A DNA stretch of 63,244 nt, counting the filler. It is 4 parts of 4 records of this genome, joined end to end, with 100 filler letters (N's around TTAATTAATTAA, not from the genome) between each part and the next. Parts side by side here need not be neighbours in the genome. Positions count along the whole stretch, not along the records: positions 56,707 to 63,244 come from SRR31156797_1095; 3 more parts are not named here. One strand, written 5' to 3'. Positions 61,199-63,244 of this stretch are shown in pieces (within the stretch, counting starts at the first letter, position 1; each line of letters begins with the position of its first letter). Position numbers and translations under genes: made by a program. Below the pieces are notes generated by a model. The model searched no databases. It had not been told where the DNA came from and was given only the letters and a program-made list of their open reading frames with translations.

Positions 61199-61669
61199 TT
61201 TCAACTCCTTCTTTTGCCGGCGTATAAATCGCCCTTATATCTATTACATACGCTCGACTCCTCAATCAGGTTTTATGCCTGAAGTTTTAAATCATTAAAT
61301 CACTAAAATTTCTATTATCCCGAGCGACAAACATATCCTGTTAATTGATATATGTATAATAATCAACAAATTACCTCACAATAATGCAAGATTCTTATCC
61401 GGACGATTGTTCGCTTTTTTATGATTCGCAATATGAATATTAATTAAAATAATAATATCATTTAGTTAAAGTATTAGATGATATCTTCCTCTTTAAAGAT
61501 AAATCTATTTTTCAGTTTTAATGTTCTATATTACAGAGATTGTAAAAGAAAATAATAATATAATTATTACAGCTAATTAAGGATTATTAATTATTGGATT
61601 AAAAATATCTTGACATTTTTTATTATTATTATTAAAAACAAACAAACGTTCGGAAAAATCAGGCGGTGA

Positions 61670-62347
61670 ATGACTATGAGTGCAGCAAAAGCAGCGGCGA
61701 AACCAAAAAGAGTAAAAAAGGAAAACCATTTAAAGCTGATCAAGACTAAAACTAAAAATCCGGAGCTGGCTCGCAAAAGACAAAAACAAATTTATCGGGG
61801 CGCTCTTAAGGTATTTAGAAGCAAGGGGTTTCATGCAGCTTCGATAAGAGAAATTGCCGAAGCCTGCCAGATTAGCTTGGGAAGTCTCTACGACTATATA
61901 GAAAAAAAAGAGGATATTCTTTTTCTAGTTCATAACGAGATCATGGACCAGATATACAGCCGTTTAAACGGATGTCTGGAAAAATACAGCGACCCGACTG
62001 TAAATTTCAGTGAAATTCTCAGGGAGATATTCAGCCTAAACAGCCAACTGCATGATGAGGTTCAGTTTATTTATTCAGAGACAAAATCTTTGGCAAAAGA
62101 TTATCAGAAAAAAATTCTGCAGCGTGAATCCGAATATGTTGCAGATATCGAAGCCATAATTAAAAAAGGCGTTAAGAAGGGTGTCTTTAGCTGCCAGGAG
62201 CCTAAAATAGTCGCCAATATTATAACCTATCTGGCCGCCATCATGCCATTAAGGGGATGGAATCTTTTACCAGGTTTTGGAGCTGAAGAGGTGTATGAGG
62301 AAATAATTCAGATGGTGCTGAACCGATTGGGTGTTTACCAGAAATAG
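61670..62347 (+). CDS. TetR/AcrR family transcriptional regulator
   Basis: ALKVFRSKGFHAASIREIAEAC.ISLGSLYDYIEKKEDIL HTH. Confidence 0.92.
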   Translation: MTMSAAKAAAKPKRVKKENHLKLIKTKTKNPELARKRQKQIYRGALKVFRSKGFHAASIREIAEACQISLGSLYDYIEKKEDILFLVHNEIMDQIYSRLNGCLEKYSDPTVNFSEILREIFSLNSQLHDEVQFIYSETKSLAKDYQKKILQRESEYVADIEAIIKKGVKKGVFSCQEPKIVANIITYLAAIMPLRGWNLLPGFGAEEVYEEIIQMVLNRLGVYQK

Positions 62348-62447
62348 TTCAAATTGTTCATTTTCCGGTGTCAAGAAAGGCCATACATATAAAAATTGTA
62401 TTTCAACTTCTTCACTTTTATCTCAACCTTGAACAAAAGGAGAAATC

Positions 62448-63215
62448 ATGAAAGAAAAAACCAAGGTTAAAAGAATGTTTGTGCTTGATGGAGGGAGTTT
62501 TCTATATGAAATCGGTCTGATGAAATACGGGATGGATTTGGATAAACACAAAAGAATCTTTAATCCGTTTTACGCTTTTGACACCGAGGATGGGTGGTTT
62601 TTATACGATACCGGTCTGTCAACGGAAACAGTCCCGATTTTGGAGTCTCTGGGAGCGGAACCGAAAGTCGGGGAAGAAAACTTCGCCGTTAATCAACTCA
62701 AAAGAATCGGGATTGCACCTGAAGATATCTCCGCCATTATCATGTCCCATTTACACGGAGACCATGCCGGCGGCTTGTCATACTTCCCGAACGCCGACGT
62801 TTATGTTCAGAAAGACGAGTACCAGTATTCTCTTCTACCAAACACTTTCCAAACAGCAGGATACGTTCCAGACACATATAATTCTCCGAACATCAAATGG
62901 AAGTTTCTAGAGGGGGATGAGACTATTATTCCCGGACTCACAGTGCTACTGGCCAATGGCCATACTCCGGGGTTACAGGGATTGGTAGTGGAACTACCGG
63001 AAAGCGGCTATTATCTCCTAGGCGCCGATTCCGCCTACCTTGAAGAAAATATCGAAGGGAGTATTCCTCCCGGAAATTCCTGGAACCCCGTGCTGGCACA
63101 GTATTCAGTTAAACGTTTTAAAGCGTTGCAGTCTATTTTAGATGCCAAGTACTTTCCAGGACATGACCTAGAGTTTTTTACCAACCATGTGAAAATCGCA
63201 GAAGCATACTGTTAA
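62448..63215 (+). CDS. N-acyl homoserine lactonase-family metallo-beta-lactamase (AiiA/AttM-like)
   Basis: LYDTG, SHLHGDHAGG (HxHxDH), GHTPG, GADSAY, PGHD; AAGGAG SD. Confidence 0.85.
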   Translation: MKEKTKVKRMFVLDGGSFLYEIGLMKYGMDLDKHKRIFNPFYAFDTEDGWFLYDTGLSTETVPILESLGAEPKVGEENFAVNQLKRIGIAPEDISAIIMSHLHGDHAGGLSYFPNADVYVQKDEYQYSLLPNTFQTAGYVPDTYNSPNIKWKFLEGDETIIPGLTVLLANGHTPGLQGLVVELPESGYYLLGADSAYLEENIEGSIPPGNSWNPVLAQYSVKRFKALQSILDAKYFPGHDLEFFTNHVKIAEAYC

Positions 63216-63244
63216 CATCTGTTCATTATTAATTCTATTTCTAT

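Overview
The window is not one locus. It is four unrelated contigs joined by identical artificial 100-nt linkers (N44-TTAATTAATTAA-N44) at 24320-24419, 48544-48643 and 56607-56706. Contig 1 (1-24319) is AT-rich and Bacteroidota-like (T9SS C-terminal domains, TAnnTTTG promoters). It carries a sigma54-type promoter ahead of a TonB-dependent receptor, a lamin-tail/TBDR/endonuclease I locus, a DUF3857 transglutaminase-like pair, a B12 radical SAM enzyme, a two-component pair, three SiaC/DUF1987 paralogs, putP, a long-chain acyl-CoA ligase and a truncated PAS kinase. Contig 2 (24420-48543) is Desulfobacterota/deltaproteobacteria-like and mostly housekeeping: dctP, rny-zapA-zapB, atpF'FHAGDC, purM, tatA, ABC-F, an MrfA/MrfB-like helicase-exonuclease fusion, comF, rfaE2 and a cut tRNA. 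It also has a class III cyclase-CHASE2 protein with inverted domain order. Contig 3 (48644-56606) is a Bacteroidota cassette: a large T9SS subtilase followed by beta-propeller T9SS cargo and a small exported protein. Contig 4 (56707-63244) is deltaproteobacteria-like: a free-standing Cache protein plus MCP, a divergent CobO, an unannotated 51-aa membrane ORF, TetR and an AHL-lactonase-family enzyme. No CRISPR array, rRNA, transposase or prophage was seen. The best candidates for undescribed systems are the T9SS protease/propeller cassette, the putative extracellular nucleic-acid utilisation locus and the inverted cyclase-CHASE2 module. All family calls come from motif recognition by eye, not database searches.
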